From Tubiluchus corallicola (taxonomy: Eukaryota > Animalia > Priapulida): 64,000 nt of DNA. Under the pieces are notes generated by a model. The model was given only the letters and a program-made list of their open reading frames with translations. It made no database searches and was not told the DNA's origin. Below, one piece after another: positions 1 through 13,000 of the stretch. The translations under genes and the position numbers were made by a program. Each line of letters starts with the position of its first letter. The first letter of the stretch is position 1. The stretch covers positions 216,978 through 280,977 of the forward strand of contig JAQGDQ010000262.1 in the NCBI GenBank assembly GCA_030141605.1, read 5' to 3'.

Positions 1-642
1 GAATACAAATAGAGCTGCCACTGCGCCTGCGCAATGAAGAACAATGCCAGACGGTGTGTCCAGAAGTCGCAAAGATTATTCATGATTACATGGAGATGTA
101 TTACAGTGTCGGTACACACATATCATTGTCTTCAGTAATGTTCTTATTTGGAAATTTATGGTTCATGTTGTTTGTGTACTAAGACTGGATGTTACATAAC
201 TGTCCTACTTAATTACATTATGATAAAATTTTATTTCACTGAAAAAAGGACAAAATGGCGGGTTTTTCTGTGTGTGTGCCTGTGTATGGAAGGCACATTT
301 ATAGTCATGATTGCTGTCAACCAGATAGTGAAAACAACAGACTTATAGTTAGAGTTGTTACCACTGAGCAGTACATATTTTGTAAGTAATAGTAAAAAGT
401 CATCGACATATCATCTTTGCATGCTGTAATTTGATCTTGTTTCATGAATTAAAAAAGTACAGATTTTTAGACTTGGGTAACAAATGTTCTTTATATTAAG
501 CTGCGTCAAAGATCTATATGTCCTGGCCAGCATAGCCTAATACGATGTCACACAGCCAATTTGAAGTCATCACATTGATGAGAAACCTGGACTGGCTTCC
601 TCGGGTGTACGAATATATTGACAAAAATCGCAAAACATTTAA

Positions 643-835
643 AGGAAGAACCAACCCTAGAACAACATTTATTGCATTCTAATATACAATTAAAAATATT
701 GAAATCACAATACAAAATATGCACACAGAAGGCTTTGCTTAAAAATGTAAAAGAAATTAAAATATTTATCTCCAGCCAAACGAACATTGATGCCGGCATA
801 TTTCAAAAAAATGTAAGTGAGGGTTTTCTTGTGCT
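643..835. mobile_element. Kolobok-like non-autonomous DNA transposon
   Basis: TTAA on both sides with AGG...GCT termini. Left part is homologous to about 33121-33290; right end AGGGTTTTCTTGTGCTTTAA is shared with about 36064-36083. Confidence 0.5.
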
Positions 836-1032
836 TTAAGTACTATACGGTATACAACTTTAGAAATGTCGAACTTCTGTGGTATTCTTGTTGTTCATGT
901 ATAATCCCCGATATTGTGAGGTCATAAATCCACTAAATTACTGTTATTGCTACTTAGTAAGGATTACTAACTTAAGTACGCTTACTTAAGCATAATGAAG
1001 GAAATGCTGATACATGATAAAATAGAACTTAC

Positions 1033-4000
1033 TGGATTATGAAGGATCCTCTGTCATCCAGCAGCTGACTGTCCGTTGCAAACAGATTCATTAAGCTCAG
1101 CAGAAACTTTAGAAAATAGCTGTTCATGTTTCCGGGAGGTGAAGATATGGCTCCTTTGACATTGTCCGGTAAGGAGACAGTATATTTGAGTCCGGCTGGA
1201 GACGATGATATTTCTGCTAACACTTCCAAGTTCCTCAGTACAACCTGAAATGTGAGAAATGAACAAGTGTATGTAGAACTGCATAAACAAGTGTATGTAG
1301 AACTGCACAAACAAGTGTATGTAAAACTGCATAAAAAAGTGTATGTAGAACTGCATAAACAAGTGTATGTAGAACTGCATAAACAAGTGTATGTAGAACT
1401 GCATAAACAAGTGTATGTAGAACTGCATAAACAAGTGTATGTAGAACTGCATAAACAAGTGTATGTAGAACTGCATAAACAAGTGTATGTAAAACTGCAT
1501 AAACAAGTGTACGTAGAACTGCATAAACAAGTGTATGTAAAACTGCATAAACAAGTGTACGTAGAACTGCATAAACAAGTGTACGTAGAACTGCATAAAC
1601 AAGTGTATGTAGAACTGCATAAACAAGTGTATGTAAAACTGCATAAACAAGTGTATGTAAAACTGCATAAACAAGTGTATGTAAAACTGCACAAACAAGT
1701 GTATGTAAAACTGCATAAAAAAGTGTATGTAGAACTGCATAAACAAGTGTATGTAGAACTGCATAAACAAGTGTATGTAAAACTGCATAAACAAGTGTAT
1801 GTAAAACTGCATAAACAAGTGTATGTAAAACTGCATAAACAAGTGTATGTAAAACTGCATAAACAAGTGTATGTAAAACTGCATAAACAAGTGTATGTAA
1901 AACTGCATAAACAAGTGTATGTAAAACTGCATAAACAAGTGTATGTAAAACTGCATAAACAAGTGTATGTAGAACTGCATAAACAAGTGATAAAGAATGA
2001 GTTTAGTCACTTTCACAATTGCACTAATAAAGTACCGTAAAGTTTATTATAGTTTACCCATCCATTCATTGACCAGGCCTTGTGCTATTCATAACTTTGA
2101 TTAACAGGCACACGCTGTAACCATTCAGCTATTCCTCTCAGCTCAATAGTACATGGAATATCAGTGCAGGCGGACCAAAATTAAGCAACCTTTACAGCTT
2201 CAGTTATGTTAATTAAACCTGTCAATCTCCATCAATTTATATCAAAAAAATTAAGCTATACATAGTGAAAAACGATAAAAGTGATTTTTTTTTATAACTG
2301 TGTCTAATTAATAGGATTCATATCAGCATATGTAGCAGTCTATCGATTTATCCTTTGTACTAAGCACACTTTTGTTAAATCCTCGTATGGGATAACTAGT
2401 ACTTGATTGGACTGATTTTGTTCTTGTGGAGAGTTTGCTTTACTCCTCCATAGATTGTAAACCAATTCAAGTGACACTTGGTATGCATATACTAAGCTAC
2501 CATGCCTATATACTGTCAAAATGTTTTTACAGTTTGACGTCGTGATGCGATGCGATGACGTCGTGCGATGGCATCACAAAGAGAATATCTCCTCTTTTCT
2601 TCTTTTCCAGCTTTTGGGTTGCAGGTGACATTAAACGTTAGAATAAAACTAGCATTGAACGTTAACCTTGAACACTGGTATAACTTTGGTGCGATATCGC
2701 ATCGGGTCAGTTATCGCATATTGAAATTCAACAGTGAAGTTGAACTCAAGTTTTAAACATTAGAACAGAAGAATTAGCATTGGATGTCTGACATTAAAAG
2801 TTAGAATATAGGAACAAAATCTTTTCTTTACAAATTCCAAGTTTCTGGGTCCCTCCTAAAGATTCATTTAGCTCTCTCTAGCTAATTTTCTGCCCGGTTG
2901 CATGACTGTTCTGTTCACAATGCATGATGGGATATTGTAGCTCATTTGACCTTGCTCCTGGAACCAGTGGCGGCTTGTAACTAAAATTAGTGGTGGTGCT
3001 GCTTCAGAAAAATTTTAGCCATTGTTTTAATACTGTGTAAAACAAAACAAACATATGTAATTTTAGTGTTGTAATTTTAAACAAACAAACATATGAGAGT
3101 TTATACATAAACTTGATAAAATCCTACTTAAAAAATATTTTTTGCCTACTAATAGCCTAAGTTTTCACAGTACAAGCTTGACCTGTTCATGGTAAGCGCG
3201 TGACAACTGACAACAAACTGTGTGAGTGACAGTACTTTCTCTTCCTGAGCTCAGACATGTGCACATGGCCGCCATTCACGGTAAGCGCATGACAACTGAC
3301 AACAAACTGTGTGAGTAACTGTGTGAGTGACAGTACTTTGTTACCTGGGCGCAGACGTGTGCGCATGGCTGCATGTGCACGACAGCCAAACACCAAGTTG
3401 CTGGAGTGCACTGTGCTGGGCCATAAAGCAAACAGTACTACCCTCACGTGCTCTGGTTTCGTACAAGTATAAAAAAATAACTAAAGAAACAAGACTTATT
3501 ATATCGAATATTATCGATGATATTGGTTGAGCTGCAGTTCCACAAGTACCTATACACTAGCCGCCACTGACTGAAACTAGAATACAAACCTCATCACAGG
3601 GATCCGACAATGTCTTCATCAGAACTGGAAATAACTCATCTACATGTTGGAATATCTGCAATAAAATTTAATCAAGCGGCATGAAAATAGTGGTTCAATA
3701 CAGCAGTCATAGTAGCAATAACAAAAAATCTGCATAGCTTTTGTAGATGTGTGCAGTTCACAGAGCTTATTACATGAGCAATGAAGTCAAACTTTCTCAA
3801 CTCAGCTGCATAAAATTTAAAGCCATGCAGGATCATTTTCACATTTTCACACTTATATACAATGCACTGCACCACAAAGGTTAAAGTCCAGATATCTTAA
3901 TCAAGTTATCTTAATTTTACATACTGTGAACAAATGATAGTCTTTCTATCTTTTATATCATCTCATATATGAGCTTCATTCATTACATCATTCCATTTTA

Positions 4001-7000
4001 AGCACTAATGTTTTTTTATCACACGATTCACTTTAAATTTTCAGATTATTTCCATTACTTTTTTTCTTTCATTGTGTGGGACAATCTAACAAGCCCTGCT
4101 TTTTGATTGCCCGCAACACATTTACATTTGTATATAGGTGAACAGTGTTTGAAGCTTTTCTTGTGCAGAAACAAAAACTTATTTGTATTATGTTCATTGT
4201 AGGCCCTTTCACTATATATTGTACATGAAACTATTGTAAATGTGTCACGTGAAATAAATGACTTACGACTTTCAGAAATGATATGCAATAGAAATATGCA
4301 CTGCTAAGTCATCTCAGGTCTCTACCAAAAAACTGCACAGATTTTATAGCAGGAATAGGAACAAAGTAATTAAAGATCATGAAAGGAAAAACTGTAGTAA
4401 ACTGTCACCGCAGGAAAGTTTGCTTGAACATGTAGAAGACATGTGGTCCATTTTAAAACACTGCTAATTTTGTTCATCCAACTAAAATGCACATGTGTCA
4501 TGACTGTCTAACTAACATTAACTCCAGTTGATCATCAATGCTGAATGCTTTTCATAAAGACATTAGAGATTGCATTAATAATGTGACATTATTGCTTCCA
4601 CACAGTCGAATAAAAATACACACACTTCGCAACAACTCAACTAAAGTCGCAGTACAAAAGGCCTGTTGAAATTTTGTCAAAGACTTCAATTTTGCAACTT
4701 GAGTCAGATGTGTGTCAATGCAATAACTGCATAACCAGCAAGAATATGCAAAAGACGTCTAGTCTAAAGAGTCAAACAGAAAATAATAAAAACAACAGCT
4801 AGTGCCAACACAGTTTTGTAAACACAAAGTCACCATATACAAAATTGTTGCTGAATCACCAAATGCAGTTTAGCCAAAACAATAGCTGAACAGCACAAGC
4901 AATTTTTTTTACTAACCTTATTTGGAATTTGTATGTGTAAGTGGTAAATCCAACGCAGTACAGACAACCGTGTTTGCGTGGAATTGTGTAACAGGTGCTT
5001 ACTAAGAACTTCCACGACAGGTGGTAGTGCTAACAGTATTTGGGAATCACTGAAAATAGTTAAAAAACAAATTTAATAACAGTGTAGAGGTATATCGTTA
5101 GTTTAGTTTAAACATAATTTATTTAGGATTGGATTAGACAGTTTGTACAACATGATTTAGAATCCTCACCACAACAGACTTTATACACTATTTACAAGAA
5201 CATTTACAGTAAGAATAGACTATACTTAGTTTTTAGTATACTAAAGTTTTACTACAGTGATACATTAGACATTAGTAGAAAATGACGGTTAGTAAATATT
5301 AATGTACGATTATTTAAGAATGATGCATTTTATATCAGATAGAAACTACTGGAAGCGTTTAGTACATAATATAAAGTCATGTATACATTGGAATATTTTA
5401 CAGTTAGCAACATAGTTAAATTCATCTTTTCCGAATAATAACAACTTCAACAGATCATTATTTCCTAAGGCAGCTATATTAGGGTTTTCGGGCAGAAGTA
5501 TTTCATTTAATTTATCAAACATAACAACCCTAGTTTGTTGATGCTAGTAGCTGAGGTATATCGTTAACAAAGAAAGGATGCTCTAATTACTAGTTAGAGT
5601 AGAATACACAATAGTTATAAATAATTAATAAAACTACTTTGAGTCACGTAATTATATGACGATTTTATTATTCTAAGATCAGAAAAATAATGACATTTTG
5701 TATAGAAGCTCATGCAAAACACATTGAAACAACTGCTTAGATGTTGCACTCATTTGACAGCCTTGCTATGAAAACCAGGCTATGTTGACACTCTGGCAAA
5801 ACTCTGCATTTAGCAGTAAACAGCAAACCCCCAGCACAGAGTAAAACTCAAAATAAGAGAGCCTTTAAATTGGCAAGATCACTGGCACAGGGAAGTTGAG
5901 TGGGGTGTGGTGGGGGCGGCCTGCCCCAGGTGGCACTTTTTGATGAAGTGCGCTGGAAAAGGTTTATCGTGTCGGAAATGATAAAATACTTGGCACAATT
6001 TAACTTTCCAAGAAAGCACCGAGCTTACAGTGTCTTCTGCCCAAAGTTTGCAATTAGCCTGAGCCAGTGGTGAGGTGCTACACTTGATGGCGGAAACTGA
6101 TAAAAATTGTTGAATTTGGCTAGACACATTCATGGTTCGACACTTGGGCACTTTTTAGGCAGTGTGTATGTGTACTGGTTGCAAAAGTCTTGGGTCTGCC
6201 AGAGGTGAATGCAAAAGTCAGTAAACTGGGCTGTGACTCTCTTACAGACACGTCCAGAGAAACATTACTACAAACTCTTGCTTTTTCACTAAAGCTTTAA
6301 CTTGTAATTTAGTAAATGCAATAAACACATCGAAACGTCTCTATGTTAGTCATAATAGGGTATATTGGGCTAATGGCGGCCATTGATTAATGTTGGCCAC
6401 CAAGTTCCATGCACTCTAAACATGTCACATGACCTAGTTTGGGTTTTTATAGCATGCAGAGCCAATCAGCAGAGCCAGCATTGTTCAGCTAGATGTGTTT
6501 CCCTTGTTCTAATTGTCTATCACCAGCATCAGTAACAAACTTCGAGAAGAGTTGGGTGATTTACTACAATATCTCATAGTTGCCTTAGTGTTTTACGATA
6601 TTTTTAGTAACTACTATAATGAATAATCATGTATACTGAGGATGTTAAAGTCTATTTCAAATAATGAATTAAATGATTTTTTAATGAATTTTAATAAACA
6701 TACTGTAATATTTCATACAGCATGCCTGTGTACTGGTGCATTTCACTACTGGCCAACATTACCCCAACAAGTCCGCGTAATGTCGGCCAGTTAATTCACA
6801 GTGGCCGACATTAGCCAAATCAGATTTTTTGCATGAGTAGATAATTACTGGTAAGGTAAAATATATTGTGTAAAAAGCTTACTGAGATTGGTTCAATGAT
6901 TTCTCGGACCTCTGAGGTACTGATGCTTCCTGATCTTTATCATCCTCTGGCGTTATCAACTTCATTAGGCTATTATTGACAATTTTACTAGTTTCTATGA

Positions 7001-10000
7001 TGCGTTTGCCAGTGTTAAGGAAAATTCCAAGAACTCAGTAAAATACTAAACACAGAACTACATTGAAATTCTGTTCGATGACTACTGCAAAACATTGTCA
7101 TATGTCGCAAAAGTTTTCAGTCAGTTAGAAGAAGAAAAGAAAAACGGTTTACGTTTAGCAGAAAACTCGTAACATTTGAAACAAAATTGGGATTCTATGC
7201 ATAAATTTAAAATTTAACGAAGTATTACATTGTAATGTAAAGAATAGCTACAAAATAATGTAGTACTCGGTACAAACCCATCGCTATAATTAATCGCTTT
7301 TAGTATAATGCAGGGGTGTGCAAATTATCTGACTAGCCGGGCCACATTAAACTTTCCCGCAATTCCTGCGGGCCACAGGCAGTTTGATCAAGGAGCCAAG
7401 TACAGAAAGGCCTAATAATGATTTTTTTGCATCCGACCTGCGTACATCATTACTACTACACTCAAGAAACTATTTTAGAAGTTATTAAAATTTATATTAC
7501 AAACCATATATTTCTACTTTCAGGACAGATAGTGGTAATTTCATTACAATGCATATTAGTAATGCGTATCACACAGTCTGTGTAGTACAGTGACATTAAG
7601 CTACAACCGTCTTGTAAGGGTTAATGGCATCTCATCTAGTAGAAAAAACTACCCGCACTATCTTTGGGACGTGGCACGGACTTCAGCTAGATACACTCAA
7701 TTAATCGCCCGGGCCGCACTTTCATTAGGTTCATAAATCTCTTCGCGGGCCGCACAATTTCTCTCGGCGGGCCGCAATTTGCACACCCCTGGTATTATGG
7801 AAAAATAGTGTGTAAATGTAATTAATAAAATTCAATTGTTTAAATAAGACACAATAATGCAAACATTTTCCGGTTAGATGCTTTCGGGATGCACACATCC
7901 TGCCTACATTTTCCTTTGGCTACAACACTATCATTTGAATCAGGACTGATTTACGTACAACCTTGCATAAAATTCACACAAATTTTCACAGTTTTTCAAC
8001 AAGCACGGGGCCAGGATTTCCTGCAAAAGGATATTTTTCTTGATTTCGTCGTCGAATAGCAAATTTCGTCTTTCATCATCATATGCCAGGCATGGGAGAA
8101 TTGCTGTAAGCAGGCCGGATGCATATGGTAGCATTGAACGTTCAGACAGGCGAACAAACTCCTTTAACCACGTGATGGCTGTGAACTGTATCAAATCCTC
8201 TGAAAAATATGCATATTAAGTAGTCTATGAAAATTTACACTAACAAACAAAAACAAAAACAAGAATAATAATAGTACAGTATGCGCCGCTTAATAGACTT
8301 ACGGTTAATACACTCAAACACTTAATTGACTCAAAAATGCCTGGTACAGGTCGCTTCAATTGAAATATACATAAAAACTGTCGGTAATTGACTCAAATAA
8401 CTCAGCATAATTGACTCAATATTTTTCCTTCGCCTTGTTAAAATAAGAAATTTGTATGTGTCCAAAGAGCCTTTCGTACTTTTACTGTATCTTTACTTCA
8501 CTTCTGTGCATTATAATATAAGTACAAACAATCATTTTAAGTACCGTTTTGTTTGTAAGCAGGTACAGTATGTTTATCATGTGCTAATACGGTAGCATTG
8601 AGGGTTTTGCTTTGAATCTGTTACCCGCTCGTCCACTGCAATTAACCTCGCTACCCACGAATCACTTGTCTAGCGGTTTCCCTTTGAAGCTCCCGTTGCA
8701 AATCACGCTTTCAGTTAACAGTTGCAGGTACAGTCATTTTTGCAAGCAAACAGACTTGCGTGATTTAGAAAGTATAACTTTTTAATTTATTAATAAATTA
8801 ACTTATGTAAATTAATATTTTATATTAATGTAAAATATTTTTTTAATTGATAACTACACAAAGGAATTTAGGGATTGGTTCACGTCTAAAAATCATTAAA
8901 AACCTTTGCAGTGCATAGTAAGCTGATGACTCATACTTCTTACCAGTAGTTCTACACCCATCGGGTATAGGACACCGTCGGTCCCGAAGTGAGTCTATTA
9001 AGCGGCGCCTACTGTAGTAGTAACAAAATAAAATGAATTAGACCTTCAAAAGCTTCCTGTACAAACAAACAAACAAATAAATTTGCTTTTATTTGCATTG
9101 CCAAAAAGTGCCAAGTTACTTTAGATACATTGTAGCAAGTAAAAGAATTGGAAAAAAACAAGATATCAGGCATATAAAATCAGCTAACCTAGCCTTTCGG
9201 GAAAGTCTGGAAAGAAAATTAATGGGCATAACTGCCTTCCTCTGGTAGCTTAGAAGTACAGAAGTGAAGTAGAATAGAAAGGTAATACGTAAGTCTTAGA
9301 AGTTTTCAAAACTTGTCTCTAAGTTTGAAGAGAAACCTTTCTGTTGCTTCTTTTCCAAGTTTCGACATTATGAATTATTAATTACCATAAAACATATATT
9401 AAAGTGTAGCCTACCGGATAAAATAGTGACTATAATAAGCATTATATGTATTAATACATCTGATGCTTACCATTTGACTGGGCATGTACAATAAGTATGT
9501 TGACCATAGAAGGAAAATTGACTTTCTCCGGTGTACATGTAATGCTTTTAAGAAATTCACCCAACGCGGCTTCGCACCTGAAACAAACGTAACATTTTAA
9601 CTTGCAATAGTAGGAACTGTCGCGAATCAGTTAAAGGTTCGTGAGGAACGTAGGGAACAACAATTTTCTTCTTCTTTTTTAATGTGGAACTATTTGGCAA
9701 GAAGGCGGAAGAATTGCGGAACTACCTTTTTAGCAGACGAAAAAAAACGCTTTTGTGTTAAATTTTTCACAGAGTTTGGTGTTATTCTACATCTTTATAA
9801 GTTTTGATAAAAACATTTAGAGTTCTGATTAATCCATGTGTCTGAAACATTTGTTTTCACCTGCCTGCATTTATTATTTGCAGGTTGTCTGTCTTGTTTG
9901 AAACAAGCGCTTACCCGGATATCAGAGGGGGGGGGGGTGACGCCCATTTCCCATTTTGGCATGATTTTTAATTCTGTAAACTAAAAGTTTTAACAAAGAG

Positions 10001-13000
10001 CTTAAAAAACACACAAACATGACAGCAGCACAGTACAAATTTGATAAGAAGAAATCAAAATTTAATGAAATTATGAGAACATTTCTTAATGATGACTGTA
10101 GAAGCAGTCAGCCAGTGTTGTTCTTATACCACTCTGTTGACATTCTCGGTAAAGTACACTTGATTTTCTGTCCAGTGTGGTATTTTCTGAAGATTTCAGG
10201 TGGTAAAAGATGATATAATTCAAATTACATTTATGATGATCAATTTCATTGGGAAGATTTAAACAGTTCTCTGAGGGATGACAACGTTTAAGGCCATACG
10301 GTTAAGTGCTCACTGTAATCTGCCAATTTATTATAGATCGAGTAAATTTTTTTAATTTTTTTCACTTGCATTGAAATCTTCAACCAGGTCCAGTGCTAGG
10401 AAGTACGGGGCCCAATCAGAAAATTGTTAGTGGGGCTCTCTACCCTACAAAAGCTGAAAATTGATGTTTTATGCTTCGTGTAGTACGCCAGTCTCAGCCA
10501 AAAAGCATCGAGGACTTAAAGCTCCACCATTAGCCACAATGATATGTACTAGTAATTGAGAACCTGCATGACATATTTAATATTTTATTACAATTACTGA
10601 TATAGTGTTTGTGAATATGTACCTTCTAAAAACAGATGATAAACTGAAATTACAAAACAAATAAATAAACAATGAAACATAGATACACGGGGACAGACTG
10701 AATAGTTTCACTGTGTTCACAGTATCAAGAAACTTCGTGCATTAATTCGTCATAAAGTCCTTGACTCGAGCGTGTGTGCGGGGGCCCCCTCTTGGCGAGG
10801 GGCCCAGTTTGAACCCACTCTGTCAAACTGACTTAAAACTGGCCCTGTTTTAAACAATCGGTTAAACTTATATCCACAGTTATTACACATTATATACTAA
10901 GCAGCATTCAGTCCTAAGAACTGTGAATATTTCTAAACAAAAGAACTACATATAGCTAATTAATGCATGCCATCTTTTAGAGAACAAATTGTAAGTCCAA
11001 GTTGTACTATTTATACTGCAGTACGTGCACTTGCTTACATACATTTTCTTGATTTCTTGATTAGGATCTCCCAGAATTTGGAAAAGTCCATCAAGTATTT
11101 CGGGCAGAAAGCATAACATGTTAATATCAGGAACGGAATCCAAAACTGTAATCTGCAATAAGAAAGTAAATTATAATTAACTTAGGACACATTATTTCAA
11201 ATGATACCGAGATGATCAAGGCATTGCTAATCAAAGATCCCTATACTATTAACATGCAAACCAACTTATTAGAAAATTCAATTGGCTTCAATATTGCAAC
11301 TTGTCAACTTCTACAGGTTCAATACCCGTCCTGGGTGGTTTCATTCACAACTGCGATTCTGGCTGTTTATCTCAGTAAGTGAAGAAGCATACCATCAAAA
11401 GTTGGTTCAATGTACCTCCGCCATCTCATCTAGAGCCTCATCTGGGGGTTATCGTTCACAATGAAAGCAAAAATCTCGTTTTAATGACTGAAACGTTTGC
11501 AATGATCTGGTCTTATGGTATATTAAGCTATATTGTAGTTTTACATACCCAAGACACCACAAATTGTTTGGCAAATGGATAGTTTTACATACCCAAGACA
11601 CCACAAATTGTTTGGCAAATGGATTCTTTGTATAAATTCTCTCCCGCAGCAATGGAATAAAAGCAACTAAGTCAAATGAAGCACTTTCCGTCACAATATC
11701 CTAGAAAAGGCCACAAAATATGAAAACACAAATAATATTTACTCTCTTTTCAGGGCACGGCTTTTATTTTTTCAAACAGTAAATCTACGAGACCCTCATT
11801 CAAATGGGACCTTATTCAAGTATTGGCATTTTTAACTTATGATGAATCTGTCGCATTGGAGTATCAATAAATATAACATACTTAATAATACCATACTTTT
11901 CCGAACAATATCTGCAAGAGCCAAATGGTTACGCAAACTTTTGAGTACAATCAGCGCATCAGTACTGAGCACAGTCAGTCAGCCAGCTGAGTGATGTACT
12001 CTGATGAAAAGAGGAAAGCATGCTAAACAGTAGACTTTACATAATTCACAGAAACATTGTCAATAGAAAGCATGCTTTCTTACATGATCGGACAGGCATA
12101 TGATGGTATTTAAAAAACACCTGCATGCTAATCTGACCTCTGAATGAATAACAGTAAAATTTTGGAGAGCACAGCCTGGCGAGTAGCATTTTTCAATACA
12201 TCGATATACAGCCCGGGTGGCTACTCAACCATGGGCGCATTATTTTTCCATTCTGCTTCCTTGGGAGCTTAATCGGATTGGCCCTCAATCAAACATGGAG
12301 TCTAAAAGAGTAAATACTGTACATCTGTGTCTATAAAGTAAAAATGTCTGATGTGACTTGCCATGCTAGCAAATCAAAAGTCGTAAAAGTAATCAATCAC
12401 CACACAATCATCAGAACAAAGTTGTTGTGTAAACAGGCATTTATTTACAAATGATGCTGAAACAAAATGGGCCTATTTTAAATTACGTGTCAGTTTTTTG
12501 ATCTGATAGACCAGCTACCTTATGGTTGCTATATAATATATATTGCGGAACTATAACTCCAAAAACGATTTACGTAGTTCATGGTTACATACATTTGCAA
12601 ACATTGTCAAAACTATTTACCAGGGTTCCCACAGAATTTTAAAATAAATTTCCCTGACTTTTCCCTGACGAAATATTGATTTTCCATGACCAAGATAAGC
12701 AGAAAATGCATTACCAGTTTACAAATTCATACATTTTTGTGTATGGACATTCATACATATACTGATATATAATGTGTCGGCCAATCATTATTTTTGGAAC
12801 AGAAATCGAAACTGGGAACCTGCCATAGCAAAATTTTATTTGAACACAAATCGCTGAAAAATATGTTTAGAAAAATATTGGTTGATGGTGATCATTTTTG
12901 CATCCCTTTCCAATTTGCTTGAGTTTCTGCCCCATTTTCCCTGACGTTTTACCAAATAATCTTTTTCACTGACTTTTCCATGACTTTCCAGGATAGCCTG

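Noticed and set aside
1029-2040. Long ORFs of 221, 320 and 262 aa
   Set aside because: Products of a stop-free 24-bp minisatellite; only 1244-1033 is a real VAC14 exon.
11993-12035. Hammerhead-like CTGATGA..GAAA-GCATGC-TA
   Set aside because: Stem II cannot pair (AAAGAG) and stem I is not complementary next to the core.
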